Notes: a model not told the origin generated them from the letters alone. A DNA stretch of 64,000 nt from Octopus vulgaris (GCA_951406725.2 OX597824.1:16244001-16308000); one strand, 5' to 3'; numbered from the stretch's first letter, positions 13,625 to 27,970 are shown. Translations and numbers: made by a program.

Positions 13625-14032
13625 GGACATATTTACAAAGTCAGAAAACAGCACAGCTCCCATGACTTCAGGAAACAATTTTTCACGCTGAGAGTTGCTT
13701 AAGCATGGAACAAACTGCTGGCATCAGTTGTTAGTTGTCGGAGCACTGCATCCTTCAAAACTTCCATGCTTTCTGAGATTCGCCACCACTACACTTGATT
13801 TTCTCAAAACTTCCATGCTTTCTGAGATTCGCCAACACTACACTTGATTTTCTCAAAACTTCCATGCTTCCTGAGATTCGCCAACACTACACCTGATTTT
13901 CTCCCCTCCATACACGCACAAGCATGTATCTGACTTATGTATTGTTCGCTTTCCAGACATTTGTACATTACTGCATATACTCTGACAAGTTGTGGTGCAC
14001 CTGAGCACTGTATACAATAATTTCATTATTAT
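13625..14032 (+). mobile_element. CR1-group LINE 3' end with internal 49-bp triplication
   Basis: Translates GHIYKVRKQHSSHDFRKQFFTLRVA*AWNKL...FKTSM (CR1 ORF2 end); 49-bp unit at 13755, 13804 and 13853; (att)n tail. Confidence 0.7.
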
Positions 14033-14151
14033 AAATATCGGATGGTCTTCTAAAGTACAGAAATGATATTGCTTTCATCTTTTGGCACAATATGAGTAAT
14101 TTGGTAGTGGTAGTCGTGGTGGTGGTGGTGGTGGTGAGGGCGTGTGTGTGG

Positions 14152-14318
14152 TAAGTCGAATACATCGATCCCGGCGTTCAATCGGTTCTTATTTTATCGA
14201 CCCCGAAAGATGTAGAAGCAAAGCAGACCTCGGCGGCATTTGAACCCAGAACGTATAGACGGAAGAAATGCCGCTAAGCATATTGCCCAGTGAGCTACGG
14301 ACTCTGCCAGCTCGTCGC
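14152..14318 (-). mobile_element. SINE family D, degenerate
   Basis: tttatcgaccccgaaag...gacctcggcggcatttgaac...ctgccagctcg. Confidence 0.75.
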
Positions 14319-14657
14319 TATAAGTTCCGAAATAATATTAAATGAAAGGAAAGTCTTCATTCGTGAATCAAATCATGCGCCGAAAGCTTAACGCTAATCA
14401 ATAGCCGCCACCCTAAAACTAATCTGTTACAAATTGCTAAACTTTGGACGTGATGGCGATATGTCAGAGCCCTTAAAATGTTGGATGGAAAATCCTTCAC
14501 GTTATTTCTTGATTCTTTGCGATCTAAGTGGGAATCCCCTAAAATCAGGTTTCCTTTCTATCTTTTCTGGGTGAATAAAGAAGTACCATTCCAAAGCGGT
14601 GAATTAACGGAATTGTTAAAATCGCCGGTCCAGATGAAAGGCGGTATTTATTGTTAA

Positions 14658-15052
14658 CTAACAGTATCCCCCGGCGTTGCTCGGGTTTGTTTCAACCCTT
14701 CAAAATTGGAATTTTTGAAAAGTGAAAATTTTGCATTATGTAACTTGTTATACTCTTTAAGTGAACATTTTTCTGGTTGAAATACACCGAAAAGTGGTCA
14801 CATAGTAGTCAAAAAATCGTACAAAATAGGGATTTTCATAGAAAAAAAAAAGCACCTTTTTGATGTAAATAATTTTTGGCCTTAACATGGTCCGATTTGA
14901 ATTTTTTCTTCTACGGAAGGAAGAGCAAGCCTTCTTCTATCATACTCTCAATTTTGGTCAACTTGCGCCGCAGGGTCTCGGAGGAGATAGTGTTAGTTGA
15001 AGGCTACCAAACCTGCCATACATAGACAACTTCAGCTTTATATATAGAGAGA
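14658..15052 (-). mobile_element. Non-autonomous Helitron (subfamily 2), second copy
   Basis: Reverse complement of 8757-9137 including the TC start and 3' hairpin (terminal CTAG mutated to TTAG). Confidence 0.85.
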
Positions 15053-15414
15053 TTTATCGCTTGAAATGTATAGTAACCTGAAATAATTTTACACCAAGCG
15101 ACAATGTGATGGATTTGTGCAAATGTTACTGTTTCTATTACTGTTTAGCACTGATGGCCTTTGAGCACGTAGATCTACAATCAAGAGCAATCCACTGTGG
15201 GCATCCGTGGCCATCTCCTCTTTCAAGATGGGATAGTCAAAGACTATAATATTCAATATAACTACCCTGTCTTTTCTAAAATAACAGTAAAACAGAACGG
15301 TACTATTTGGAAAATATTAGCTGCTATTTCTAGCAATACAGAGCACCAAGTAGGAGGCTTCTACGTTGCAGTGTGGAATATCCATGATTTCTGAATACTA
15401 CCGTTTGTCACAGA

Positions 15415-15812
15415 TGTGGATGTGTGGTAAGTAGCTTGCTTACCAACCACATGGTTCCGAGTTCAGTCCCACCGCGTAGCATCTTGCGCAAGTGTCTTCT
15501 ACTATAGCCTCGAGCCAACCAAAGCCTTGTGAGTGGATTTGATAGACGTAAACTGAAAGAAGCCTGTCGTATATATGCATATGTATTTATATATATCTGT
15601 GTGTGTTAGTGTATCTGTGTTTGTCCCCCACAACATCGCTTGACAACAGATGCTGGTGTGTTTACGTCCCCGTAACTCAGCGGTTCGGCAAAAGAACTCG
15701 ATAGAACAAGTACTAGGCTTACAAAGAATAAGTCCTGGGGTTCTTTTGCTCGATTAAAGGCGGTGCTCCAGCATGGCCGCAGTCAAATGACTGAAACAAG
15801 TAAAAGAGAGAG
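15415..15812 (+). mobile_element. SINE family A
   Basis: Collinear with the family consensus seen in other copies. Confidence 0.85.
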
Positions 15813-15826
15813 TAATAAACATATTC

Positions 15827-15859
<33 letters not shown>

Positions 15860-16719
15860 AAAAACAGTCATCCTTCTTTTTAATTTGCAATGTATGCCTA
15901 TACATAACATTCTGCCGGAAAACAAGACAACCGAATTAAAATTAAAACAACGACAATCAGAAATTAATTAGTGTTGTGCGTGTTATTTTACTAGGGATGA
16001 GTGATTAAAGAACATAATGAAATATTCAGAGCTCTAATGGCAAGTGATAATCTTTTAAATTAACGGATTATAACCAAAGCTGTTGATTTAATCAATGTAC
16101 TTTACGGATTAAACAATATTAAACCTGATTTTGACACAAGTGGAATTCAGAAATATTACATCGATTCTTTTAGAAAAATATGCGATATTATTTGCCTGAC
16201 TTGAATATTACGTTTTAGTCCATTATTTGATTGTAATCACATATATTGAAAAATATGGCAAGAAATTGAAGTAAAAAAAAAAAAAAAAGAAATTAAGCTA
16301 TAAAACAGAAAATCTTTTGCTGAGTCGCACCTCGGTATTATTTTCTACATTGGTTGAAAGAATTCTTTTCAACTCCAAAACTTAGCGAATATCTTCAACC
16401 GAAATCTACAAGATTTTATTGTGTATTTTGTAGTAGTAAAAAAAACTTGTAAAAAGCCTGTTTCTAAAAATAAATCTGGAATATCATATAAATATAGCAA
16501 AACTTAAACTTTGTTCTTGCCTAAAATCTGTAGTCTTAATGAAGTTAGAGAAAAATCAGACTCCATAAAGAAATCTGGTTATCTAAAAAGGAAAAACTGA
16601 ACAAACACGAGTGCTCTAAGTATTATTGTTTTCTGGGAATGTTATTGCTCAGAAGGGGGCCTTCAAAATACTACCTAGCTAGATAGCTATCATACCAGCT
16701 GGCCAGCAATTTTGAGAAG

Positions 16720-16892
16720 GGGTTGATTGATTACATCGACCCCAGTATAAAACAGCGACTTATTTTATCGCCGCCGAAAGGATGAAAGGCAAAGTCGACC
16801 ACAGCGAGATTTGAACTTAGAACGTAAAGATGGCTGAAATAGCGCTAAGCATTTCGCCCGGTGTGTTAACTACTCTGTCGGCCCGCAGCCTT
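16720..16892 (-). mobile_element. SINE family D
   Basis: gaaaggatgaaaggcaaagtcgac...gctaagcatttcgcccgg. Confidence 0.75.
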
Positions 16893-17628
16893 ATGAAAAT
16901 ACAAATATTAGATTAAAGAAATGAATTAAAGCAGAAAGGAAAAGACAAACGGTTTGGCAAGACTTGACGAGGGTATTTAATTTAGATGTACCAAAATGTT
17001 CTGATCAAATCTTGGCCAAACCGCTTGCCTTTTCATTTCTGATGTAATCTATGTCTACCTGCTCAAAGGGACGCCACTTATAGCCACTTTCGAAAGCAGT
17101 CACAAAATCACGTGTTCAACTGTAGTTCAAACGAGAATTTTTGTGGCATATCTATTTGAACAGTAACATCGTTTACCTATTAGCTTGAGCCGGGCTGACG
17201 AAAACTCGTATCGTTCATAAAGAAATAAATAGTCACCACTAGAGATTTAATTAGTTTAGTTCGTAAGATAAGATATAATAAAATTACCATTAATATCACA
17301 GTTAACTAATATATATAATTTTAGATATAATTGTGGTTTACTCAGCGAAGTACGATATAAAAATGCTATTGTTGTTATTAGAGACTAAGTAGATATGGTC
17401 AGTGATATAACTACCTTTAAAGTCTCTTTTAAGTATATTCTGCTAATACAGAAAAATCAATATTTGTTCAAAACGAATGTGCATACACACAAACACACGT
17501 ACTTATTGCACATTCATATAATCACACACAAACATACACATATACACGCTCAAACATACATATACAAATTATATATATATATATATATAGGTATTTTCTC
17601 TCTCTCTCTGTATATGTATATATATATA

Positions 17629-17737
<109 letters not shown>

Positions 17738-18376
17738 TCATACACACTCACATACATAATTGTGTTGAAAGATATGTACAATGTTTATGTTATATGTTTA
17801 TAAATATATTGCGTACGTGTATACATATACACATATATATTTGTGTGTATATACGTGTGTATGTGCCTGTATGTGTGTGTGTGTACATTCATGTGTGTAG
17901 GCATGCCTGTGTACACTTAGTGTATATATGTTTGTATGCGGGTGATTTTGTTTGAATACTTGTATGCCAAACTTGGATCTTGTAGCTTAAAAAAAATAAA
18001 TAAAACCAACTTTTCATTTCAAAAGCAAAATAAAAATATATAACCTAAAATGTTTATAGAACAAATCAAAAACAAAGCATAATAGCAACAAGAAAACAAG
18101 GAATAAAAAAAAACAAACAGAAATACAATCAAAGAAATAAACAAACAAATATGTAAAGAACAAAATGGGCGAACAAAAGAGGAACCAAGCAGAGAGAATA
18201 AAATTCTCGCTGAAAATCAGCGGGGGAAAATAAGAACGTTTTACATAAAATGCATTTTTGCCTCATGAGAAGAGTTGTGGTCTCAAAACACAATCAACTG
18301 GAATGGCTCTTGGGGAAGTAAATTCCCAAAATTTCGAAATTTCCAGATGTTATATTTCTATTTATTTACTGGGATT

Positions 18377-18465
<89 letters not shown>

Positions 18466-18545
18466 ATATAAATATATAATATATATATGTATATAAATAT
18501 ATAAATATATATATATATGTATATATATATATGTATATATATGTA

Positions 18546-18606
<61 letters not shown>

Positions 18607-18640
18607 GTATATATATGTATATAATATATATATGTATATA

Positions 18641-18718
<78 letters not shown>

Positions 18719-19124
18719 GTGTGTGTGTGTGTTTGTATGTATGCCTACATAAAATATATTATGTCGTGTCTTGATTTCCTTTCTTGTGTTTAATGTAAAT
18801 TTTCATTTCTGTTACAAATTTTTTCTTTCTTTCTTTCTCGTTTTGTAACGTTTTGCAATAATTATGAAAAGATGCTGAGGAAACAGCCTTTAGTAACAAT
18901 TATGTCTTTTATATTGAAAAGAGAAAAATAAAAATCGGAATAATGGGCTCATATATTCGTTGCCGTACGAGCACACATTGAGCCAACAATAACAGCGGCG
19001 GCAATAAATAAGCCAAAAAAATTGGAGGCAGGAATACATTAAAATATCTGACTTTAAATTCCTCGACATTTAACTGACTGATTTGTTAGATGTTTTAGAG
19101 AATACCGTAATATTATCAACAGGA

Positions 19125-19192
<68 letters not shown>

Positions 19193-19195
19193 GTA

Positions 19196-19240
<45 letters not shown>

Positions 19241-19288
19241 TTATACACATACATACACACATACATATATATGTGGGCATATATGTAA

Positions 19289-19349
<61 letters not shown>

Positions 19350-19362
19350 TAGATAGATAGAC

Positions 19363-19406
<44 letters not shown>

Positions 19407-19639
19407 GGATAGATAGATATGTATGTATGTGTATACACATAGATATGTAGACACATGTATACTTGTTTGTATAATTATATATGTAAAAATATCTTTATAT
19501 CGTTGAATACACATGTATATACGTAGCCTTATATATATATATGCACACATGCAGAAACACAGACATATATATATATACATGTACATTAAGTAAGTGTAAC
19601 ACGGAGAGAGAGAGAGATAGAGATAGAGCAGCGTACATA

Positions 19640-19721
<82 letters not shown>

Positions 19722-20062
19722 GTGTGTGTGTGTGTGTGCACCTATTATCTGTCTACATACATGTGTATATATATATATATGTATATACTCATATATATAT
19801 ATATATGTTTATATGTGCAGATGTACATAGTTTATCAAAAATGTAATAAATTTAGATATTAAAACACTCGCTGTGGGTAAAATAAATATGTAAACATATT
19901 CTTTCCATGTTCATCAATAGCATGGAGACCATATTTAGTTCCTTAATTCATGGAAATTCGGTCGTTGGAATTGTTTATACATACATACATACATACATAC
20001 ATACATACATACATACATACATACATACATACATACATACATACATACAGATATATATATAC

Positions 20063-20119
<57 letters not shown>

Positions 20120-20206
20120 CTTTATTATATATATATATACATATACACACACATATATATGTGTGTGTGTATGTGTGTGTGTGTTTGTGTGTGTGTGTGA
20201 AAAAAG

Positions 20207-20530
20207 AGCAGCACTCCGTCAGTTACGACGACGGGGACTCCAGTTGATACGATCAACGGAACACCTTGCTCGAGAAATTAACGTGCAAGTGGCTGAGCAC
20301 TCCACAGATACGTGTCCCCTTAACGTAGTTCTCATGGAGACTCAGCGTGACACAGAGTGTGAAAAGGCTGGTCCTTTAAATACAGGCACTACTCATTTTT
20401 ACCAGATGAGTGGACTGGAGCAACGTGAAATAAAGTGTCCTGCTCAAGGACAAAACGCATCGCCGGGGATTGAACTCACGACCTTACGATCTTGTGCCGA
20501 ATGCCGTAACCACTAAGCTATGCGCCTTCA
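20207..20530 (-). mobile_element. SINE family C
   Basis: Collinear with 7660-7982. Confidence 0.85.
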
Positions 20531-21007
20531 TATATATATATATATATATATATATGCATATATGTATGTATGGATATACATATCTATATACAGTTACATT
20601 CATCATTATCTGTATCTATTCAATTTATGGTACATTCTTATATCAAAGAGACGAAATATTTAATGCTTCTTTTTTATGCATTATGATGAGAACAGAGGGA
20701 AGCCTTTGGAGAATTGCATACAGTGATGTTTTTTTTGCTATTCATATGCAACTTAACCGTATTAATTGTTACTAGCTTTATGAGATATGCATATGTCTAT
20801 GTCTATGCACATACATGCATAGATACATATCTACATTTGTCCTTATGTACGTACATATACATATACACACACATAGAAAAACATACAACTCACTCACATA
20901 ATACATACACACATAAATACATACATACATACATACGTATGAGAACATACAGGCACAAACCGGCGCACATACATTGATATCTATCTATCTCTCTCATTCT
21001 CTCTCTC

Positions 21008-21043
<36 letters not shown>

Positions 21044-21068
21044 TGTATGTATGTATGTAGGCATATGG

Positions 21069-21125
<57 letters not shown>

Positions 21126-22095
21126 TATTTACATATACGAGATACATACGCACACATACATATATAATGTCTTAGATGCCATTATTCCTGACGAGAATAT
21201 ATATACACGTGTATGCATGTTATATATATATATATATATATACAGATGTATGCATGTTTGTATGTAAATAAGTATATATCTACACTTTCACATTCCTACA
21301 TAGACTGATGCAAATATCACACACACACACCACGCAGCGACACACTTAAACTTAAATACGCGGCTCAGGAATCAATACAATTAGAGGAAGGATTTTTCGA
21401 CAACGCTCTAAGTTCTTAACTAAGTCGTAATAGAAAGAGCTTTGTTAATAAATAGCTTGATGGTTTGTGCCCTTACTAATGTTTCAAATCATCTACCTGT
21501 AGCCAGCAACCAATCCATCTTAATATACATTTATTTAATGGCTTAGACATCGTAGTCAATATTGCGCAGTTTGAAAGTGAGCAGCCATTTTTTCTAGTTT
21601 CATGCTATAAGTTTTGTATTTATCAGAGCATTTTCATTTTTATTATCATTTTATTGTGCTTTGATTTTATTTAGTTTTTATTTTCATTCCCTTCCAGTTA
21701 TAATTTATGGATTCAAAATAAAGCCACAGTGCTTATAAATATTACGCGTCGTTGTTTAAACACAAGCACACAAATACGTACAAATGTGTTTGCAAATATG
21801 GCAGAACAGAAACTCGCAAATATATAATTGCTCTCTCTCTCGTCTCTGTTTCTCTCTCACTCTCTCACGCATTCGCAAACGCACGTGCGTGTGTATATAT
21901 CTGTGTGTGGTTTTGCATATTTAAAATAATTCCCATTTGCATTAGTCACACGAGTTCACACTCACATAAACACAAAAACACACTCGACAAAACACACACA
22001 CATCTATCTACATAAATGTATATACATGCACACATGCACAGATGCATTTATGAATTTATTCCATATACTTATCCTTATATATGCATGTATGAATA

Positions 22096-22188
<93 letters not shown>

Positions 22189-22200
22189 GTATATATATAT

Positions 22201-22279
<79 letters not shown>

Positions 22280-22324
22280 CTATCTATCTATATATCTATA
22301 TATCTATATATCTATATCTATACC

Positions 22325-22383
<59 letters not shown>

Positions 22384-22781
22384 AATGGAGGGATGGATGT
22401 GTATGTATGCATATTAATGTATATATTTGTATATGCATATACATATACATATATCAGAAGATTGTATGCACACTTATGCAGGAATTGATACACATTTGTA
22501 CACAAATACCTATCCATGCATATTTGCTTATATTTAATTTTTCAATCCCGATGTTAATAATATAACATCATTCACAGTAGCAACAACAGCGACAGCAACG
22601 ACACGTTTTAGAACAAAATTTATACAGCTATAACTAAACAGTAAAATGGATGATATGGTTCTTGCTATTTTGGAAATGCTACACCTGGTGAAACGGGCGA
22701 TCTATTCATGTATTTTTCTCTCTTTCTCTAAATCTCTTTTTCAATTTGTTTGTCTGTCTCTTTCTCTCTATATATATGTCA

Positions 22782-23198
22782 GGCGCGGGAGTGGCAGTGT
22801 GGTAAGTAGCTTGCTTACCAACCACATGGTTCCGGGTTCAGTCCCACTGCGTGGCATCTTGGGCAAGTGTCTTCTGCTATAGCCTCACTATAGCCTTGTG
22901 AGTGGATTTGGTAGACGGAAACTGAAAGAAGCCCGTCGTATATATGTATATATATATATGTGTGTGTATGTGTGAGTGTGTATATTTGTGTGTCTGTGTT
23001 TGTCCCCCTAGCATTGCTTGACAACCGATGCTGGTGTGTTTACGTCCCCGTCTCTTAGCGGTTCGGCAAAAGAGACCGATAGAATAAGTACTGGGCTTAC
23101 AGAGAATAAGTCCTGGTGTCGATTTGCTCGACTAAAGGCGGTGCTCCAGCATGGCCGCAGTCAAATGACTGGAACAAGTGAAGAGTAAAAGAGTAAAA

Positions 23199-23200
<2 letters not shown>
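22782..23200 (+). mobile_element. SINE family A, full length
   Basis: ggcgcgggagtggcagtgtggtaag head through aaaagag tail. Confidence 0.9.
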
Positions 23201-23236
<36 letters not shown>

Positions 23237-23259
23237 CTGTCTAATATCTATACAGCTTA

Positions 23260-23600
23260 TAAAATAATACGTTACAATTACTCAATAGTCAAGATAAAAC
23301 TCTGAGTTTCATGACTAGCCATGTTTACGTGTTTACTATGAACTTTTAATCTTATTTTATATAAGTAGCAGAATTATAACACAGTAATTTCCCTTTATAT
23401 AACGGTATTTTTTCATAGCGTTTTTTCAGATGGCCAGATAACCGAAGAGATGGTGTTGTGGATTTCCACTTCGGCATCTGGAACTCAGAGTTTTATCTTG
23501 ATTATTGAGTAATTGTAACATATCATTTTACAGATAAATTTCCTCTATTTACATAGTATTGTCTCTTTCTTCGTTTTGTTATCTTACCGTTTTTACCAAT

Positions 23601-23605
<5 letters not shown>
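23260..23605 (+). mobile_element. Penelope-like module (family P3) with degenerate hammerhead and inverted 5' arm
   Basis: Arms 23260-23313 and 23479-23530 are inverted repeats; hammerhead fold at 23436-23498; flanked by (TA)n. Confidence 0.6.
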
Positions 23606-23683
<78 letters not shown>

Positions 23684-24088
23684 ATATATATTGTATAATA
23701 GATCGCGTTTAAGGTCAAAACAATGCGAAGAAAATGTATGGTAAATCACAAGACAATAAATATGTAAATTAATGTAGACTTGCCTTGTATTCAATATTTC
23801 GGGGTTATTAAGGCGGCGAGCTGGCAGAAACGTTAGCACGCGGGCGAAATACTTACATCTCTTAACAAAACGAAGATAACCAGATTAGCTTTTAGAAAAA
23901 GCGTCTAATAAATAATACCTACGACACCTCAAAATTCTATTCGAATGTTGTGACCTCGAATTTAAACGCTTCAGTTTAAGTATCCACAGCGTCCTTAGAA
24001 CAGGAATCTACGAGTATATGGTCATATGCTGGTTTAAAATAAATATTCAGATAATATTAAATAGACCTTCCATCAGAGACAATATGTA

Positions 24089-24980
24089 CAAGATCTGATC
24101 AATAAGTATCCGGACTGTGGGCATAGTAACAGAGCCAAAGTACGCATAATGAACCCGCTGGGCAAAGATTGACCATGACAACTGCTGTTCATGCGCACTA
24201 AGTTTTAACGATTGACCTTACTTCCGCTGTTTACAGCAGTGCTTGAAAGGAAGGTGTGTAGCGTGTGATGGTCGCATAGACCATGTCAGTGAAAGTTGTT
24301 ACGATGATATCTGATCAATGGCCTACGCAATGTTGCGCAAAGTGTATGGAGAGGAGTGTAGGAGCGGCACACAAATGTATGAGTGGTTCAGATGCTTCCA
24401 AGATGGCCGAAAAACCGTCGATATTGACGAACGTTTTCGAAGACCCGCAACCAGCAGAACTGAGAAAAACATCGCTGATGTGTGGGTAGCTGTGAGGAGA
24501 AATCGTCGAATCATCATCCGTAAGTTATCAGAGGATGTGCAGATTAGTTACGGCTCAAATCAGTCCGTTATCACTGAAGATTTGAGTATGAGACGCGTGT
24601 CTGTCAACATTGTGTTAAAACCGCTTTCAACTGACCAAAAAAACACTCGGGTTTCAGTTGCAAAAGGGCTCCTTGATTGTGTCGAGAACGATGAAAACTT
24701 TTTGAGGACTTTGCAGAGGCCTCTCAGCAGGTATTGCCAAGCTTTTTGCAAAACGATGCAGATTCTCTGCTCAACTTTCTCTGACATGTTCATTGCGACG
24801 ATCACACGCTTAACACCTTCCTTCCAAGCACTGTTGTAAAGAGCGTAAGTGAGCTAGAACGTATGAACTTAGTGTGCATGCGCAATAGAGTTCAACATTT
24901 ATCTGTACCAAGCGGCTTCTCTCTGCGTGCTTTAACTTCGTTACTATGACAGCATCCGGATACTTATTGGTCAGACCACG
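24089..24980 (+). mobile_element. Mariner-derived non-autonomous element with long inverted arms (two 5' ends)
   Basis: TA|caagatctgatcaataagtatccgga ... tccggatacttattggtcagaccacg|TA; arms about 200-270 bp. Confidence 0.85.
24318..24710 (+). pseudogene. Mariner transposase N-terminal HTH fragment (no catalytic domain)
   Basis: VYGEEC...MYEWFRCFQDGR..VDIDER..RP..SRTEKNI..., ...MRRVS..IVLKPLS.DQK (decayed WVP-like linker); ends before the DDD domain. Confidence 0.8.
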
Positions 24981-25059
24981 TATAAACCCTTCAGTCTGTT
25001 AGGATATTCTCTGATGTCTGTTAAGCAATAAAGTAAGTACTTACAGAGACCTAGTAATC

Positions 25060-25290
25060 CTCGGGCTGGTTACCCGTTTTCCACAGCGCGAGAGTAAATG
25101 AGATTAGCATTTCCCCTTGAACTGGACGCCAGACCATTGCAAGATTACTCATGACTAGCTGAAGGGATTGGAGCAACGTTAAATAAACTGCTATCCCTCA
25201 AGATCCATAATGCAGAGCCCGGTCGGGGAATTGAAGCCACAGTCCTGCGATCCGGAGTGCAACACCCTAACCAATCAGAAAACACGCCAG
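25060..25290 (-). mobile_element. Old tRNA-derived SINE related to family C (different tail)
   Basis: ctagctgaagggattggagcaacgttaaataaa and ggaattgaagcc...accctaacca resemble the family C head and core. Confidence 0.5.
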
Positions 25291-25642
25291 TTAATCAACG
25301 TAGGCACTTTTCACGTTTACTTGCTTTTTCAGCCAAAAATTCCCCTCAGTCAGTTTACGAATGGAACTAAGAACTCATGCCGGAACCTCTTAGTATTCTT
25401 TTTTTTTTTTTTGGAACTAAAAGATGGACTATACCAGACTCAAATTTCTTACTGGAATCCCGGACCAGTAGCAATTGCTGCCGGCATTGATTTATTCGCC
25501 TATGTTTCGAGTTGTTGGTTAATAAATAATACTTTTCTCGGCTGTTATTCTTTCAGATGTGCAAGACGATTAGGTACAAATCGACGAGCTATCTTCCACA
25601 GAATTTCAGCCCTTGTACCTACAGTAAAAATGTTTATTATTA

Positions 25643-26587
25643 TTAGGTTGTTCGGAAAATAATAGCCGATTTTAAAAGTAAGCGTATATTATTGAAAAAC
25701 TGAAATTACACAAAGATTTAATTACACGAAGGTTTAATTAATCAAAATATGATTCCTGAAGAGCTATTCATTCATCCCATCAATTAAAAAGGTCATTTAC
25801 GCCTCTTCGATAAAAATCCAAAGGTTTTGATGCTAAGAAATCCTTGAATTCAGTTTCGATCTCGGTTTTAGAACAGAAAGTTTTTTGCCTTAAAAACGTG
25901 TCAAGATGCTTGAAACAATTGAAGTCAGTGAGTGAAACTTTAGGGGAAAACAGAGGAAGTGGTAAAGTCTCGCATCCCAAGTCTGTAAGCTTCTGCAGTG
26001 TTATCCTGGAAACATGCAGCCGAGCATTATCGTGGAGCAGAAATGGACCACGTTGATTAACAAGTGCAGCTCTCATTTTGCTCAAGTGAACATCCATTTC
26101 TTCTTGCTGCTTACAGACATCAAGCATATAAGACGTTTTTCTGACACTTTGTCGTGGGTTTTGTTTGACAGTTGTTTTCAAATGCTGACCATCAAGGGTG
26201 GGTGGACGTCCTCTACCCTCTTGATCTTCAAAGTTTTCATCCCCAGTATGGAATCTCTCAAACCACCATTGTACTGCCCGATCACTAGTGGTACCTTCAC
26301 CCCATACTTTGTTGATATTGGTGGCTGTTTGGGAAGCATTGTATCCATGCTTGAATACATACATAAAAAAAAAAAAACTAAACACATTTTTTTCTTTTTC
26401 ATGTTTGAAATTAAGAATTTCTACGCTTCAAAATTATATTCCGAAAGAAATAAAACTTTATAGAAGCGTACACATCAATTATTAAGCATGTAAAATTTCG
26501 TCTAAAGCACAACAAAAATATCATCTTAAATCGAATTTTAAAAACAATGTTTTCGGAAAATTGAACAGTATTTTCCGAACAAGCTAA
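25643..26587 (-). mobile_element. Mariner element, internally deleted
   Basis: TIRs TA|ttaggttgttcggaaaata ... tattttccgaacaagctaa|TA. Confidence 0.88.
25780..26385 (-). pseudogene. Mariner (Hsmar1/SETMAR-like) transposase pseudogene
   Basis: NINKVWGEGT.SDR.VQWWF.RF..GDE.FED..GRGRP, LHDNARLH, decayed YSPDL (FSPKV.LTDF); central region with the first catalytic D is deleted. Confidence 0.85.
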
Positions 26588-26600
26588 TATTATTACTGTC

Positions 26601-26812
26601 GAGGCAATGTGCTGGCAGAATCGTTAGCATGCCGGGCAAAATGCTTAGCGGCATTTCGTCCGTTCTTACGCTTTGTGTTCAAATTCCGCCGAGATCCATT
26701 TCACCCTTCACTCTTTCGTGGTGTATTAAATAAGTACCAGATATGCACTGGGGTCGATGTAATCGATTAATCCTTCCCAAAAATTTCAGGCCTTGCGCCT
26801 ATAGTAGAAAGC
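26601..26812 (+). mobile_element. SINE family D variant followed by (TCT)n
   Basis: ctggcagaatcgttagcatgccgggcaaaatgcttagcgg...taagtaccag...cactggggtcgat. Confidence 0.75.
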
Positions 26813-26813
26813 A

Positions 26814-26822
26814 TTCTTCTTC

Positions 26823-26854
<32 letters not shown>

Positions 26855-27062
26855 CTTCTTCTTCTTCTTCTTCTTCTTCTTCTTCTTCTTCTTCTTCTTC
26901 TTCTTCTTCTTCTTCTTCTTCTTCTTCCTTTTCTTCTTCTTCCTTTTCTTCTTTTTCTTCTTCTTTTTATTTTTCTTCTTCTTCTTCTTCTTCTTCTTCT
27001 TCTTCTTCCTCCTCTTCTTCTTCTTCTTCTTCTTCTTCTTCTTCTTCTTCTTCTCCTTCTTT
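26814..27062. repeat. (TCT)n microsatellite
   Basis: Direct reading. Confidence 0.95.
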
Positions 27063-27426
27063 CTGCTGTTATTAGTGTTTCGGCTGTTGTTATCGTTATC
27101 ATTGTCACGTTGAAGATGACTCCATTGTCCCGGGCGACTCAATTATCCCCCCTCATAACAACCAATTAGCCTACACTGCATTATTCATCTGCAGACACTT
27201 TGAACACTTTCTACTTAAAGCTAATTTCAATATATCTGTTAAGACGTATAGAGTTAAAGAAATGTTGTTAGCTACAAAGAGAGCTTTTACATGTGTTAAT
27301 ATGAGGTACGAGGAGCTCTTCAGCTTTGACACAGTGAGTTGCTGTCAAATCAGCGAACATGGCGGGAGTTCAACTCCTATTGTTATTGGACATATTACAT
27401 TCTCATACCTGTCTCGTTGCTGGAAC

Positions 27427-27436
27427 GATAATAATG

Positions 27437-27494
<58 letters not shown>

Positions 27495-27514
27495 TGATGA
27501 TGGTAATGATAATG

Positions 27515-27558
<44 letters not shown>

Positions 27559-27570
27559 AATATTAATAAA

Positions 27571-27608
<38 letters not shown>

Positions 27609-27616
27609 TAATAATG

Positions 27617-27658
<42 letters not shown>

Positions 27659-27666
27659 GTAATAAA

Positions 27667-27728
<62 letters not shown>

Positions 27729-27752
27729 GATGAATGAATAATGAAAATAATG

Positions 27753-27784
<32 letters not shown>

Positions 27785-27874
27785 AATATTAATAAAGATA
27801 ATGATAATGATAATAATAACAATAATAATAATCATAATAAAATAATAATGATGATGATAATGATAATAATAATG

Positions 27875-27942
<68 letters not shown>

Positions 27943-27970
27943 AAGAAGAAAGAGAAGAAGAAGAAGAAGA
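27427..27970. repeat. Compound (AAT)n/(GAT)n/(AGA)n microsatellite with internal block duplication
   Basis: gataataatattaataaagataatgat recurs at ~27553 and ~27779. Confidence 0.95.
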
